DNA of 64,000 nucleotides from Candidatus Iainarchaeum sp. (GTDB taxonomy: Archaea > Iainarchaeota > Iainarchaeia > Iainarchaeales > JAXPJC01). The notes under the pieces are model-generated. The model was not told the DNA's origin. It searched no databases and saw only the letters and a program-made list of their open reading frames with translations. This document shows positions 9,142 through 19,477 of this stretch, one piece after another (positions within the stretch are counted from its first letter, which is position 1; every line of letters begins with the position of its first letter). Made by a program: the position numbers and the translations under genes. The DNA is taken from the NCBI GenBank assembly GCA_016187745.1, contig JACPJC010000005.1, forward strand, positions 192,308 through 256,307, written 5' to 3'.

Positions 9142-9654
9142 ATGCCTGTACAAGTAGCGCGCGTAGCCAATGCAAAGACTCTTGCAAGCCTTAGGCGCGG
9201 ATTTATTAGGAACAAAAAGAAGCTTACTATGGATAGGATAGCAGAGATAACAAACGCCCTGCGTAGTTCAAATTATAATATTGCAAGGAAAGTTGTAAGA
9301 AATTTCATTCAAAAGCACCTTTCAAATTTTTTTATAAAGAAGTTCTCAGAATCCCAGAAAAAGTTATTGCAGTATTTATTTGACTATCGTGCAAATATCC
9401 CCCCTAGGGCGGAATTTATAAATGCCTTTGGCAATAAAGAAAAAACAATAATTGCACTGAAGGAAATTGTAAGAGAAATAGACCGCCTGGCAAAAGTGAC
9501 TGGAAAAGCGAGATACAAAGGCGAAAAAATAATTGCAAACCCATATGGGACTGGAAAAACGGACTTAATAAAAGATTTATTCAACAATGCGCTGACCAGC
9601 CCGAGGGGCAGGGCAGAATTAGCAATAAGTAAGCTAGAAAGGGATAGGAAATGA
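9142..9654 (+). CDS. Basic hypothetical protein
   Basis: 170-aa ORF, ATGA-coupled to rnp3; no recognisable motif. Confidence 0.6.
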   Translation: MPVQVARVANAKTLASLRRGFIRNKKKLTMDRIAEITNALRSSNYNIARKVVRNFIQKHLSNFFIKKFSESQKKLLQYLFDYRANIPPRAEFINAFGNKEKTIIALKEIVREIDRLAKVTGKARYKGEKIIANPYGTGKTDLIKDLFNNALTSPRGRAELAISKLERDRK

Positions 9655-10280
9655 TCATAGATTTGGTTTTCTATTCGGATTTGCAGTCGCTTAAGCGCCA
9701 TGCGAAGCTTCTGGGGATTGACGCGATAATAATTGCGCAGAGCTTCAAATCCCAGAGGGACATTGATTCGCTGCGCGCGGAGATAAAAAAATCCAAGTTC
9801 CCCTTCTACATCTGCCATCTGCTCGGGGAGCCGAACCAGAATGACGCGAAACTGTTCAGGGGGAAGGCTGATTTCATTGCAGTTATTGGCGGCAGCGCAA
9901 ATGCGAACAAATTCGCGGTTTCAAGCAATTTTGTTGATTTTCTGATTGCGCCCGCGGGCTATGGGAAGAATGAGTTCGACACTGCAATCGCGCAGATTGC
10001 CTCCGACAACCAGAAGCCCATTGCAATCCCGTTTTCGCAGTTCCTCAACTCCGGCGGCTTCCAGCGGAGCATGCTCTTCAAGAATTATCTTTTTGCTGTG
10101 AAAATAATGAAAAAATTCAGGCTCAATGCGCTTTTCTTTTCCGGAGCGAAAAAGGAAGGCGAACTGCGCGCCCCGCAGGATTTTTCAGCCTTCGCAAATC
10201 TGCTTGGCTTTTCAAAAGAGCAGGGCGGGCGCTTCATCGGGAGATATGCGGAAACAATTTTGCAGAAAGTGGGAAAATGA
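9651..10280 (+). CDS. rnp3: RNase P protein subunit Rpp30
   Basis: FAVSSNFVDFL, FDTAIAQIA..IAIPF, LFFSGAK..ELRAP; position in the exosome superoperon. Confidence 0.8.
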   Translation: MIIDLVFYSDLQSLKRHAKLLGIDAIIIAQSFKSQRDIDSLRAEIKKSKFPFYICHLLGEPNQNDAKLFRGKADFIAVIGGSANANKFAVSSNFVDFLIAPAGYGKNEFDTAIAQIASDNQKPIAIPFSQFLNSGGFQRSMLFKNYLFAVKIMKKFRLNALFFSGAKKEGELRAPQDFSAFANLLGFSKEQGGRFIGRYAETILQKVGK

Positions 10281-10828
10281 ATTCCGAGAAGGCGCTTATT
10301 GAATTTTTCCAAGATGCGGGAAAGCTGAAAAACATAAAGCGCACCGGCTGGAAGTTAATGGGAATAAAAAACCCAGAAAGCGTGGCAGAGCACTCCTTCA
10401 GGCTTGCGGTTATGGCATTTGCGCTTGCCCCGCATTTCCGGCTTGATGCGGAAAAATGCGCGGTTCTTGCGCTCATCCATGACCTGCCTGAAGTTTATAC
10501 TGGTGATATTTCGCATGCTGGCGTTCCGGGCAAAAAGCAGATTGCAAATGAGAGCAAGGCAATGGGAAAATTGCTCTCAAAGCTTGATGCAAAAACAAAA
10601 AACAGGATTTCGGGATTGTGGGCTGAATTTGCAGGTGAAAAAAGCAGGGAAGCGAGATTTGTCCGGCAAATAGACAAGCTTGAAATGGCGCTGCAGGCAT
10701 TTTACTATGAGAAAAAGAAAATCACGCGCAGAAGCCTGCAGGAATTCTTTGATGACGCGAATCTGCAGATAACCGACAAAAGGCTGCTTAAAATGCTGCA
10801 TGCGCTGAATTACATGCGGGGCAGATGA
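10277..10828 (+). CDS. HD-domain hydrolase (YfbR/HDDC2-like)
   Basis: LKNIKRTGW..ESVAEHSFR..IHDLPEVYTGD..DKLEM. Confidence 0.92.
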   Translation: MNSEKALIEFFQDAGKLKNIKRTGWKLMGIKNPESVAEHSFRLAVMAFALAPHFRLDAEKCAVLALIHDLPEVYTGDISHAGVPGKKQIANESKAMGKLLSKLDAKTKNRISGLWAEFAGEKSREARFVRQIDKLEMALQAFYYEKKKITRRSLQEFFDDANLQITDKRLLKMLHALNYMRGR

Positions 10829-10829
10829 T

Positions 10830-11852
10830 ATGGCATCAAAGGTCTATCTTGTGAAGGAGCCGTTCCTCACAAACCTTGAAAAGGCAATGGGCAAATTTGA
10901 TTTGAAGAGGCGCTTTTCAGGAAAATCAACTGCAGTAAAAGCCCACATGGGCGAATATGAAAACCTCAATTATGTGAGGCCTGTGCTTCTGGGGAAGGCT
11001 GTGGAAATTCTGCAAAATGCATATGCAAAGCCATTTGTTTTTGATTCCCCAACTTCATATCACAGGAAGCGCCATACTGTAAGAGATTATATTGATACTG
11101 CACGAAGGAACGGCTTCACAAAGGAAACAATCGGCTGCGAAATTAAAATAAGCGATGAGGCGCTCAAGGAAAAAGGCACAATCCTCAAGCGCGTTAATGT
11201 GTGCAGGGATATTGCGGATGCCGAGGCAATGATTGTATTGAGCCACGGGAAGGGGCATGTCTGCGGCGCGTATGGCGGTGCAATTAAAAATCTGGGGATG
11301 GGCGCGGTTGATATTGCAACAAAGGACGCAATACATGATAATGCTGCTCCGCTGATTGACAGGGAAAAATGCACTGGCTGCGCGGCCTGCATTGAGGTCT
11401 GCCATCCAAAGGCGAATTCCCTGAAAAATAGAAAGATTTCAATTGATTATGATAAGTGCTGGGGCTGCGGCCGCTGCATAAAGGCATGCAAGTATGGCGC
11501 CCTGAAGCCAAAACTTGCATTTTTCAATTATCTGCTTGCTGATTCCGCAGGCGCAGTGCTGAGGAAATTCCAAAGGGAAAATGTGCTTTATGTCACAATG
11601 CTGATGAGCATTGCGCCGAGATGCGACTGCAATCCGCGCAGCGGAATGTCCGCAATGCCTGATATCGGAATACTTGTGAGCGATGACATTGCCGCAATTG
11701 ATGCTGCAGCAATCGATTTGATAAACAAAACCTTCGGGAAGGACTGGTTTGAGAGCCTGAAATACCGCAACCCGAAAGAGCAGATTGAAATGATTGAAAA
11801 ATTGGGCCTGGGAAGCGGCAAATGCAAATTGGAGGAAATCGGAGGGAACTGA
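10830..11852 (+). CDS. DUF362-domain protein with 2x[4Fe-4S] ferredoxin insert
   Basis: KAHMGE, SHGKGH..GGAIKNLGMG, CTGCAACIEVC, CWGCGRCIKAC, CDC, DIAAIDAA. Confidence 0.9.
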   Translation: MASKVYLVKEPFLTNLEKAMGKFDLKRRFSGKSTAVKAHMGEYENLNYVRPVLLGKAVEILQNAYAKPFVFDSPTSYHRKRHTVRDYIDTARRNGFTKETIGCEIKISDEALKEKGTILKRVNVCRDIADAEAMIVLSHGKGHVCGAYGGAIKNLGMGAVDIATKDAIHDNAAPLIDREKCTGCAACIEVCHPKANSLKNRKISIDYDKCWGCGRCIKACKYGALKPKLAFFNYLLADSAGAVLRKFQRENVLYVTMLMSIAPRCDCNPRSGMSAMPDIGILVSDDIAAIDAAAIDLINKTFGKDWFESLKYRNPKEQIEMIEKLGLGSGKCKLEEIGGN

Positions 11853-12164
11853 ATGCAAAAGAAAAATTCAGAAAAATATCCTGATGAGGTAATTACACAA
11901 GATAGGAAAGGAAATCCAGAAATAAGGATTCTACTAGATAAAGGGCAGTTTGTGCGCTATCATTATGCGGACCCAAAAACAGGAAAGCTTCTTGAAAAAG
12001 AAAAATTCACGATACTGCTTAATGATGAAAACGGCAAATTAACGCATTTTTACGCAATTCCAATGCAAAAAGGAAAGCGCTATCTGCTGATTGAAGTGCA
12101 GGAAAAGGGGATTGAAAGAAAGGTTTGGGATGCGCAGAAGAGGAAAGCGGTTAATTTATGGTAA
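11853..12164 (+). CDS. Hypothetical protein
   Basis: 103-aa ORF abutting the DUF362 gene. Confidence 0.65.
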   Translation: MQKKNSEKYPDEVITQDRKGNPEIRILLDKGQFVRYHYADPKTGKLLEKEKFTILLNDENGKLTHFYAIPMQKGKRYLLIEVQEKGIERKVWDAQKRKAVNLW

Positions 12165-12204
12165 AGGCTAAAAAAAGAATTAGGTTGTCGACCGAGAAAC
12201 CACA

Positions 12205-12237
12205 CCGGTTGCCTGGGTTCGAATCCCAACCCTCGCG
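12205..12237 (+). pseudogene. 3' fragment of a Leu/Ser-class tRNA (T-arm plus acceptor 3' strand)
   Basis: CTGGG-TTCGAAT-CCCAA-CCCTCGC-G; no matching GCGAGGG 5' strand or D/anticodon arms upstream. Confidence 0.5.
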
Positions 12238-12287
12238 GTGTGGCCAATTCAAAAGTATATTATAACTTTTTGTGCATACTCTACATT

Positions 12288-12830
12288 ATGAATCTTCCCG
12301 CGCGCAGGGAATGCATTTCACTGCTGAAAGAGCATGAAACCCCCGAGCACATAATAGCGCACAGCATAGTTACAGAAAAGGTCTGCATGCATCTGGGAAG
12401 AAAACTGAAAGCGCATGGCATAAAAATAAATTTGCAGCTTCTGAGCAGGGCAGGCCTGCTCCACGATATTGCGAAATTCAAGACACTGCACAAGGATTTA
12501 CTGCACGGAACCGAAGGGGAAAAAATTCTTAATGAACTGGGCTTTAATGAAATTGCGCGCATCACAAAAAACCACCTGCTCAGCAGGATTCTTGTTAAGG
12601 GCGCTCTGCAGAACTGGGAGGACAAGATTGTTTATTATGCCGACAAGAGAGTTGTGCATGACAGGATAGTTTCACTGGATGAGAGGTTTGATTATCTTAG
12701 AAAGCGCTATGGGACCATAAGCAAAGAGGCAATGCGCAGCATAAATGCAGCATATCTCCCTGTAAAGGAATTGGAAAAACAAATCTTTAACAAGGCAAAA
12801 TGCGATATTTCGCTCAAAGGGCTGATGTGA
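12288..12830 (+). CDS. HD-domain protein
   Basis: AHS..LLHDIAK..HG..H..YYADK; start moved to ATG 12288. Confidence 0.9.
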   Translation: MNLPARRECISLLKEHETPEHIIAHSIVTEKVCMHLGRKLKAHGIKINLQLLSRAGLLHDIAKFKTLHKDLLHGTEGEKILNELGFNEIARITKNHLLSRILVKGALQNWEDKIVYYADKRVVHDRIVSLDERFDYLRKRYGTISKEAMRSINAAYLPVKELEKQIFNKAKCDISLKGLM

Positions 12831-12833
12831 TTT

Positions 12834-13748
12834 ATGCAAGGATTCATGTTTCTTGCGCTGGTTGCGGCATTATTTTTCACATTCTCCTCGTTCCTTGACA
12901 AATTCATTCTCACACACAAGCTGAAAAATGCAGATGCGTATTTCATCCTGCAGGGAATTGCCTCATTCCTGCTGTATCCGATTCTTTTGTTTTTTTCCAC
13001 TGGCATTTCAATTCCGAATGCCGGCGCATGGCCTTTTATTGCAGTTTCAGGCATAACCGCGGCAATAGGGCTAATAATCTACTACAGGCTTATGGGCAGC
13101 GCGGACTATTCCGCAGTTTCCCCGCTGATGCAGGCAAGAATTCTCTTCACAATACCGCTGAGCTATTTTATACTGCAGGAATTCTACGGACTGAATGTTT
13201 TGGCATTCATGCTTCTGATTTTTGCAGGCTCAGTGCTTCTCACAGTGGATGAAAAAAGCAGCCTGCGCACAATAATCTCGAAAAACCGCGTGCTTGCAAC
13301 AGGGCTGCTGATTTGTCTCATCTGGGCATTCTCAAACCTGCTGAGCAAGCCGGTCCTGCAGGCGCTCAGCGTGGAAAATTTCATTTTCTGGAGGAATGTT
13401 TTTTCATTTGCAGTTGTTATTGCCATGCTGCCCGTTCTGCTCAGGGGCAGGGCAAGGGAAGTATTGGCGCAGGACTCCAGGAAGGCGCTTCCATACGTAA
13501 TCCTGCTTTTGTTAGTTGCATTTGCGGGGATGCAGTTCATGTTCTATGCGATGAAATACTCGGTTTCAATAACCGAATCGCTTTTGGGTGTAATAGGCCT
13601 TATGGCAATTGCGCTTGCCTTCCTTCTCTCAAGGACAAACCCGGAAATAATTGCGGAAAAGCACTCAGCAAAAATCTATGCGCTCCGCGCTCTCGGCGCG
13701 CTTCTCGTACTGATAGGGATTTTTAACATCTTGGGCGCAAGAATCTGA
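12834..13748 (+). CDS. EamA/DMT-family transporter
   Basis: About 10 TM helices in two repeats; SAVSPL..ILFT motif. Confidence 0.85.
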   Translation: MQGFMFLALVAALFFTFSSFLDKFILTHKLKNADAYFILQGIASFLLYPILLFFSTGISIPNAGAWPFIAVSGITAAIGLIIYYRLMGSADYSAVSPLMQARILFTIPLSYFILQEFYGLNVLAFMLLIFAGSVLLTVDEKSSLRTIISKNRVLATGLLICLIWAFSNLLSKPVLQALSVENFIFWRNVFSFAVVIAMLPVLLRGRAREVLAQDSRKALPYVILLLLVAFAGMQFMFYAMKYSVSITESLLGVIGLMAIALAFLLSRTNPEIIAEKHSAKIYALRALGALLVLIGIFNILGARI

Positions 13749-13850
13749 GTATGCAATACACAGACAAGTTTACGGCGCTCAGAAGAATTTAAAAGGCGTG
13801 TTGAGAAAGGATATTATGTAAAGATGACCAAGGTCTAAGGCGGAATTAAA

Positions 13851-14006
13851 ATGAGGTTTTTTCAAAGCATAAAAAGAGCACTAGGGAAAGACAATCCGCT
13901 AAAAAAAATCACCAGAACATACCTGCGGTCACATAAGGAAAAACTTGCACTTAAGAGGCTTGATGCCTGGTATAGAAACCACGGTGGTTATGATAACAAG
14001 AAATAA
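13851..14006 (+). CDS. Small basic hypothetical protein (51 aa)
   Basis: Hand translation MRFFQSIKRALGKDNPLKK...GGYDNKK; its stop abuts the rnp2 start. Confidence 0.35.
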   Translation: MRFFQSIKRALGKDNPLKKITRTYLRSHKEKLALKRLDAWYRNHGGYDNKK

Positions 14007-14378
14007 ATGATAAAAATGCCGAAAACAAAGCACTATAAGCAGTCCCTTAAGCCGATTCCCCCCACATTGCGCGGAAAGAAGCGCTATGTCCTTTTTGAAT
14101 TGATTCCCGCGCAGAATGCGAAACTGAGCGAAAAAAACGTGGATGATGCGCTCTGGCGCACTTTTCTTGAATTATACGGAAGCGTGGGAACTGCAAGGCA
14201 GAGGATATGGCCGATTAAATTTGATTCAAGCAGAAATCTGGGAATTGTGCGCTGCGCTCTTGAAGCGCTTGAGGAAGTTAAGGCAGGGCTGCTGTTTGTG
14301 AAGAATGTTAATGGCGCTGAAGTCATTCCGAAAATAATTTCAGTTTCAGGGAGCATAAAGCAGCTGAAGGCAAAATAG
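14007..14378 (+). CDS. rnp2: RNase P protein subunit Pop5/Rpp14
   Basis: PPTLRGKKRYVLF..LYGSVG..GIVRC..VSGSIK. Confidence 0.92.
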   Translation: MIKMPKTKHYKQSLKPIPPTLRGKKRYVLFELIPAQNAKLSEKNVDDALWRTFLELYGSVGTARQRIWPIKFDSSRNLGIVRCALEALEEVKAGLLFVKNVNGAEVIPKIISVSGSIKQLKAK

Positions 14379-14451
14379 GGCTGTTTTATAAATATCGGCT
14401 TTTGACGGAAAAATAGGAATATTTAAAAACCTGTTTGTGCATATATTTCTC

Positions 14452-14868
14452 ATGCCCAACAGGACATTTCACATTTCCAATTCTGTGCATGATGTGAGCT
14501 GCAGAAACTACATTATGGCATTGCTATTGCAGGCAGGCTTTGATAGAGGTACAGCAATAAACACGGAGGATGAGAACGGGAGAAAACTAGTTGAGTTTAG
14601 GGTTTCTGGCGATGATAAAAAAATTGATGATTTCCTGCCTAAGCTTGAGAAGGAACTCGGCGAGGAATTCAAAGGCGATATAAAAATTGTTGAAATTAAA
14701 ATTGGTAACGGGAATTGCGATGTTCCGGACATAATGCGCAGCTCCCAAGCGCATTTGCTGCTGCAATTCAAAAAAGCCACAGATGTGCTTATTGACATGA
14801 ATAAAAGCCTGAATGAGAAGCTTGATAACCTGCCGTCAGCAATTGCAAGGGCGATAAAAGGGGCTTAA
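14452..14868 (+). CDS. Acylphosphatase-like domain protein with C-terminal coiled coil
   Basis: VHDVSCRNYI..G.A.N..VEFRVSG resembles the acylphosphatase fold; the QGVGFR loop is degenerate. Confidence 0.55.
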   Translation: MPNRTFHISNSVHDVSCRNYIMALLLQAGFDRGTAINTEDENGRKLVEFRVSGDDKKIDDFLPKLEKELGEEFKGDIKIVEIKIGNGNCDVPDIMRSSQAHLLLQFKKATDVLIDMNKSLNEKLDNLPSAIARAIKGA

Positions 14869-14931
14869 TTCCAATTGCAGAATTAGTAAAGACCGCGGCG
14901 CTGCGATGCTTTGGTGCATAAGCAATTTATT

Positions 14932-15516
14932 TTACGGGGCTGACATCCCCAGGGCGATTGATGTGAGATAGTAGCATTTTGGCTGCCCCTTCATCATTTC
15001 AATCCCTGCGGCGGCCTGCTGCCTCGTTTCCTCATCCGGAAATCCGCCTTTTGTAATGTTTGTGCTGTTGTCTTTCAAATCAGCTTCAATTATGAGGAAT
15101 TCTTCCGGCTCTATTCCTGTAATTCCCGGGGATTCGCAATCTTCGGAAATTTTAAAGGAATAGCTGATTGTATATTCCCTCTCCGCGGTTTTTTTCGCTT
15201 CCTTTGCAACTGCAACTTCAGGGAAGCATTTTTTTGCGATTTCAAAATTCCCTTCAAGCGCTGCCATGATTTCAGGGCCCACATTGGCGTCATTTGCAAC
15301 TATTATGCCAACGGCATCCTCTATGGTGCAGGTTTTCTCGCCTGCAAAAAACTCCCCGAATGCGATTGCAATTTTCGCCTCTGCGGTATTGTCCGCAAGC
15401 CTGACTGCGGCATCCTGGTCGGCCTTGCCTGAATCTATGCAGCCTGCCAGAAACAAGAGCGCAACCAGCCCGATTAAAACCAAAATCGCCTTATTCACGC
15501 TATTATTGCAGCACAA
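14932..15516 (-). CDS. Lipoprotein of unknown function
   Basis: Hydrophobic signal ending FLAGC; acidic body. Confidence 0.7.
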   Translation of the reverse strand: MCCNNSVNKAILVLIGLVALLFLAGCIDSGKADQDAAVRLADNTAEAKIAIAFGEFFAGEKTCTIEDAVGIIVANDANVGPEIMAALEGNFEIAKKCFPEVAVAKEAKKTAEREYTISYSFKISEDCESPGITGIEPEEFLIIEADLKDNSTNITKGGFPDEETRQQAAAGIEMMKGQPKCYYLTSIALGMSAP

Positions 15517-15529
15517 AGAGTTTTTAAGG

Positions 15530-16276
15530 TTATATTTCTATTTTTTCGAACAGATAGCTTCCCGCTGCAAATACAGCAAGCGTCAATGCGCCCAGCACAA
15601 TAAAATCAATCCAGATTCCAAAGGTTGAAATTCCGCCCAGCATCGCATGCAGCGCATCAACCCCATATGAAAGCGGATTGAAGAGCGCGATTACCATTAT
15701 CGCATCAGGCAGTCCCACAAGGGGAAAGAGCGCGCCGGAAAGGAAAAACAGGGGCATTATGATGAAATTCATTATGAGGGGGAATGCCTGCATGTCCTCA
15801 AGCATTGATGCGATTGCGGTTCCAAGGGCAGTGAAGAGCAATGCAATCAGGAACATGAAAAAGAGCGCAAGCGGCAGCAGAATCAAATCAGAGATTCTGA
15901 AGCCCACAAGCATTGAAATTGCGAGCACAATAATTCCCTGTATTACGGCAACTGTTGCGCCCCCCAGGGTCCTTCCAAGCATTATCTGCAGGCGCGATAC
16001 TGGCGCTACCAAAGTTTCCTTGAGGAATCCGAACTGCCGATCCCATATTACCTCAATTCCGGAGAACATTGCTGCAAATAAGATTGTCATTGCAGTAACC
16101 CCCGGAGCGAGGAACTGTATGTAATCCCCGCCGCCCGCCTTCTGGTAAATCGGCCCGAAGCCAAACCCAAGCGCAACAAGGAACAGCAACGGCAGGCCAA
16201 GCATTCCAACCATCCTCGGCTTTGAGCGCCAGTAGCGCTTTAATTGCCTGAGCCACATAACATATAAAATTCCCAT
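15530..16276 (-). CDS. ABC-2 type permease (DrrB-like)
   Basis: YIQFLAPG, WDRQFGFLKETLVAPVSR, FLSGALFP, NPLSYGVD. Confidence 0.95.
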   Translation of the reverse strand: MGILYVMWLRQLKRYWRSKPRMVGMLGLPLLFLVALGFGFGPIYQKAGGGDYIQFLAPGVTAMTILFAAMFSGIEVIWDRQFGFLKETLVAPVSRLQIMLGRTLGGATVAVIQGIIVLAISMLVGFRISDLILLPLALFFMFLIALLFTALGTAIASMLEDMQAFPLIMNFIIMPLFFLSGALFPLVGLPDAIMVIALFNPLSYGVDALHAMLGGISTFGIWIDFIVLGALTLAVFAAGSYLFEKIEI

Positions 16277-16279
16277 GAG

Positions 16280-17101
16280 CTAGCGCCTCCATAATCTTCT
16301 GTCAAGCCTCATCCTGTCCTTCGGGGAGGAATTCTCCTCGCGGATGTGATGGCCTGTAAGTTTAAGGAAGGATTCTTCAAGGGACTTTGATTTCGTTGTT
16401 TTTTTGAGCTCGCCTGCAGTTCCCTGCGCAACTATCTTCCCGTTGTCAATAATTGCAATCCTGTCAGCAACTTTTTCCGCCTCGTCCATGTAATGCGTTG
16501 TGAAGAAAATTGTCATGCCCTCTTTTTTGTTCAAGCTTTTTACATATTCCCATATTTTGTTCCTTGTCTGCGGGTCAAGGCCAAGCGTAGGCTCATCAAG
16601 GAAGAGGATTTTCGGGTGGTGCAGCAAGCCCCGCGCAATCTCAAGCCTGCGCTTCATGCCCCCGGAAAATGTCCTTACAAGGCTGTTTTTCCTTTCTGAA
16701 AGCTCAACAAGATCCAGGAGATATGAAATCCTCTCCCTTCTCAGCACATTGGGGATGCCATAGAGGACCCCGTGAAATTCCATGTTCTCTTGCGCAGTCA
16801 GCTCATCGTCCAGGCTCGGGTCCTGGAACACAATGCCGAACGAATGCCTTGCTGCGTCCTTTTCATGCACGGGGTCAAAGCCATTAACCATCATTTTCCC
16901 TCTTGTGGGATGCAGGAGGGTTGTTAGCATCTTTATTGTTGTGGTTTTTCCCGCGCCGTTAGGGCCCAAAAACGCGAAAATTTCCCCTGAGGAAACTTCA
17001 AATGAAATCCCATCAACCGCGGTGAAATTCCCGAATTTCCTGAAGAGGCTTTCAACGCTTATTGCCGCCTTCTGCCCCGCCCTTTTCATTATCTCCCCCA
17101 T
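16280..17101 (-). CDS. ABC transporter ATP-binding protein (DrrA-like)
   Basis: GPNGAGKTT, FSGGMKRR, LFLDEPT, TTHY. Confidence 0.97.
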   Translation of the reverse strand: MGEIMKRAGQKAAISVESLFRKFGNFTAVDGISFEVSSGEIFAFLGPNGAGKTTTIKMLTTLLHPTRGKMMVNGFDPVHEKDAARHSFGIVFQDPSLDDELTAQENMEFHGVLYGIPNVLRRERISYLLDLVELSERKNSLVRTFSGGMKRRLEIARGLLHHPKILFLDEPTLGLDPQTRNKIWEYVKSLNKKEGMTIFFTTHYMDEAEKVADRIAIIDNGKIVAQGTAGELKKTTKSKSLEESFLKLTGHHIREENSSPKDRMRLDRRLWRR

Positions 17102-17183
17102 AATTCACAAATAGCATCATTTATATAGATTATGTTTATAGAATATTATTAATAGAGAGAATAGAAAGGAAAAGGGGAGAATT

Positions 17184-17915
17184 ATGTATCCTGTTTCTCA
17201 AAGGTCGGCTGCATATGACAGGGCAGCAACAATGTTCAGCCCTGATGGAAGGCTCTATCAGGTTGAATATGCGAGCAAGATTGTGGCCCAGGGAACTTTG
17301 GGAGTGGGAATGATTTACGATTCCGGAGTTTTGTTCGGCGCTGACAAGAAAGTGCCCAGCAGGCTTGCGCTTCCGGACTCGATAGAAAAGATGTTCAAGA
17401 TTGACGAGCATATCGCCGCAATTTCCGCAGGGCTTGTGGGGGATGCAAGAAGGCTTATACAGATTGCAAGGCAGAAAGCACAGGAAAACACAATGTACTA
17501 TGAGGAGCCCATACAGGTTGAGCTGCTGGTCAAGGAAATAAGCAACATAAAGCAGATTTTCACCCAATACGGGGGCATGCGCCCCTTCGGGATTTCATTC
17601 ATTATCGGAGGCATAGACGAAACAGGTAAAAGGCTTTTTGAGACCGAGCCTTCCGGAGCGCTTGCGGAATACAAGGCAATCGCAATAGGAAAAGGAAGGA
17701 ACGAGGCAATGGCATTCCTCGAGAAGGAATACTCGGACAATATAAATTTTGACAGTGCGATTGCGCTTTCAATGAAGGCGCTGCAGAAGGGGCTGGACGA
17801 AAAGGAGAAAATCTCCGCGGAAAGGCTTGATTTCGGTTACATAGATGAGAAGAAAAAAAGATTCAACAAAATACCCAAGGAAAAGCTCAAATCTTTTTTG
17901 GGAAACCTTAAATAA
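17184..17915 (+). CDS. psmA: Proteasome subunit alpha
   Basis: YDRAATMFSPDGRLYQVEYA, RPFG, ETEPSG. Confidence 0.97.
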   Translation: MYPVSQRSAAYDRAATMFSPDGRLYQVEYASKIVAQGTLGVGMIYDSGVLFGADKKVPSRLALPDSIEKMFKIDEHIAAISAGLVGDARRLIQIARQKAQENTMYYEEPIQVELLVKEISNIKQIFTQYGGMRPFGISFIIGGIDETGKRLFETEPSGALAEYKAIAIGKGRNEAMAFLEKEYSDNINFDSAIALSMKALQKGLDEKEKISAERLDFGYIDEKKKRFNKIPKEKLKSFLGNLK

Positions 17916-17977
17916 ATTTAGCAAATTTTAAAATTCGGGACCAATAAGGGCATCATGCCCTTATAGAAAGACCTCCT

Positions 17978-18676
17978 ATGGTAAAGCTTGAAGATGCGGT
18001 AATAGCAAGGATGGACAAGGGCGGGATGAAGTTTGAGATACTGGTTGACCCGGAACTCGCAATGGAGCTGAAGAAAGGGATGAACATAAACATGGATGAG
18101 CTGCTTGCATTTGAAACGATATTCAAGGACGCAAACAAGGGGGAGGAAGCCTCCGAGCAGAACATTGCAAAGGCCTTTGGGGCAACAGATGTTAAGGAAA
18201 TTGCAAAAAAGATAATCCTGCAGGGGGAGGTTCAATTAACAACCGCCCAGCGAAAGGAAATGCTTGAGGCGCGCAGAAGGGAAATAATTGCAACGATTGC
18301 AAGGGACGCAATCAATCCGCAGACAAATGCGCCCCATCCGCCATTGAGGATAGAAAACGCAATGAACGAGTCAAGGATCACGATTGACCCCTTCAAGTCA
18401 GCAAATGAGCAGATTCCCGCAATACTCAAGGAAATAAGGAAATTAATCCCCATATCCTTCGAGAAAATGCGCATTGCGGTAAGGATTTCCGCGGAATTCG
18501 CGGGAAAGGCGAATGTCATCCTGCACAAATACGAGCTGAAGCAGGAGGAATGGCAGAACGACGGGAGCTTAGTGGCGGTTGTTGAAGTGCCCGCAGGGGT
18601 AAAGGCGCAGCTCTTCGATGAGCTGAACCATCTTACACACGGAACAGTCGAGTCAAAATTATTGGAAAATAAATAA
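17978..18676 (+). CDS. Ribosome maturation factor SBDS/Sdo1
   Basis: FEILVDP, IFKDANKG, QLTTAQR, NPQTNAPHPP. Confidence 0.96.
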   Translation: MVKLEDAVIARMDKGGMKFEILVDPELAMELKKGMNINMDELLAFETIFKDANKGEEASEQNIAKAFGATDVKEIAKKIILQGEVQLTTAQRKEMLEARRREIIATIARDAINPQTNAPHPPLRIENAMNESRITIDPFKSANEQIPAILKEIRKLIPISFEKMRIAVRISAEFAGKANVILHKYELKQEEWQNDGSLVAVVEVPAGVKAQLFDELNHLTHGTVESKLLENK

Positions 18677-18760
18677 AATTAAAAAAATAAAATTGAAAAA
18701 GCGGAAGGTATCGGAAACGAAGGGTTTCTGATAAACAAACGGAACGGAGGAAAGAGAAAA

Positions 18761-19477
18761 ATGCCAAGAACAATAGTAACTCCCGGGGAGCTTATAACCT
18801 CGGAAAGGAAGAAGCTTGGAAGCAACGTGCACATGCACGAAGGCAGGATATATTCAACATGCATAGGCCTTGTTGAGGAAGGGACGGATTTCATAAATGT
18901 GATTCCCCTTGAGGGGAGATACAGGCCCATGATTGATGATTTGGTTGTGGGAATAGTCACTTCAGAAAGGTTCGGGGGCTATGGGACCGACATAAATTCA
19001 TATTACCCGGCATACATCTCAAGGAAGGAAGTGGATGAGAGCCTGAGGCCGGGAAGCATAATCTCCGCGAAAATCGCAAAGGTAAACGAGATAAATGAAG
19101 TGGAGCTGATGAACGTAAGGGTATTTTACGGCGGGGAAATAATTTCAGTAAGCCCCGTGAAAGTTCCGAGGATAATGGGCAGGAACAACAGCATGCTGGA
19201 ACTTCTGAAGCAGGGGACAAATGCTAACATCCTTATCGGAAAAAACGGAAGGATATGGGCAAAGGGCGGCAACACAAAGCTGCTTGAAAAGGCGATTGCG
19301 AAAATAGAGAGGGAAGCGCACATGGAAAACCTGACAAACAAGATTGCGGATTTCCTGAGGGCCGAGAACAAGGGCGCAGGCGCCCCGATTTCAGCTGCAA
19401 ATGGGAAAATTCCTCTTGAGCAGACAAAGCATGCCGACAGCAGATCAATGGAAATGAGCGAGGGAAGAGACATATGA
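18761..19477 (+). CDS. rrp4: Exosome RNA-binding subunit Rrp4
   Basis: [19 protein letters not shown] (S1), [15 protein letters not shown] (KH). Confidence 0.93.
   Translation: MPRTIVTPGELITSERKKLGSNVHMHEGRIYSTCIGLVEEGTDFINVIPLEGRYRPMIDDLVVGIVTSERFGGYGTDINSYYPAYISRKEVDESLRPGSIISAKIAKVNEINEVELMNVRVFYGGEIISVSPVKVPRIMGRNNSMLELLKQGTNANILIGKNGRIWAKGGNTKLLEKAIAKIEREAHMENLTNKIADFLRAENKGAGAPISAANGKIPLEQTKHADSRSMEMSEGRDI

Noticed and set aside
17136-17567. 143-aa minus-strand ORF, representative of many similar antisense or alternate-frame ORFs in the track
   Set aside because: It overlaps psmA, a confidently identified gene; such ORFs are expected shadows.
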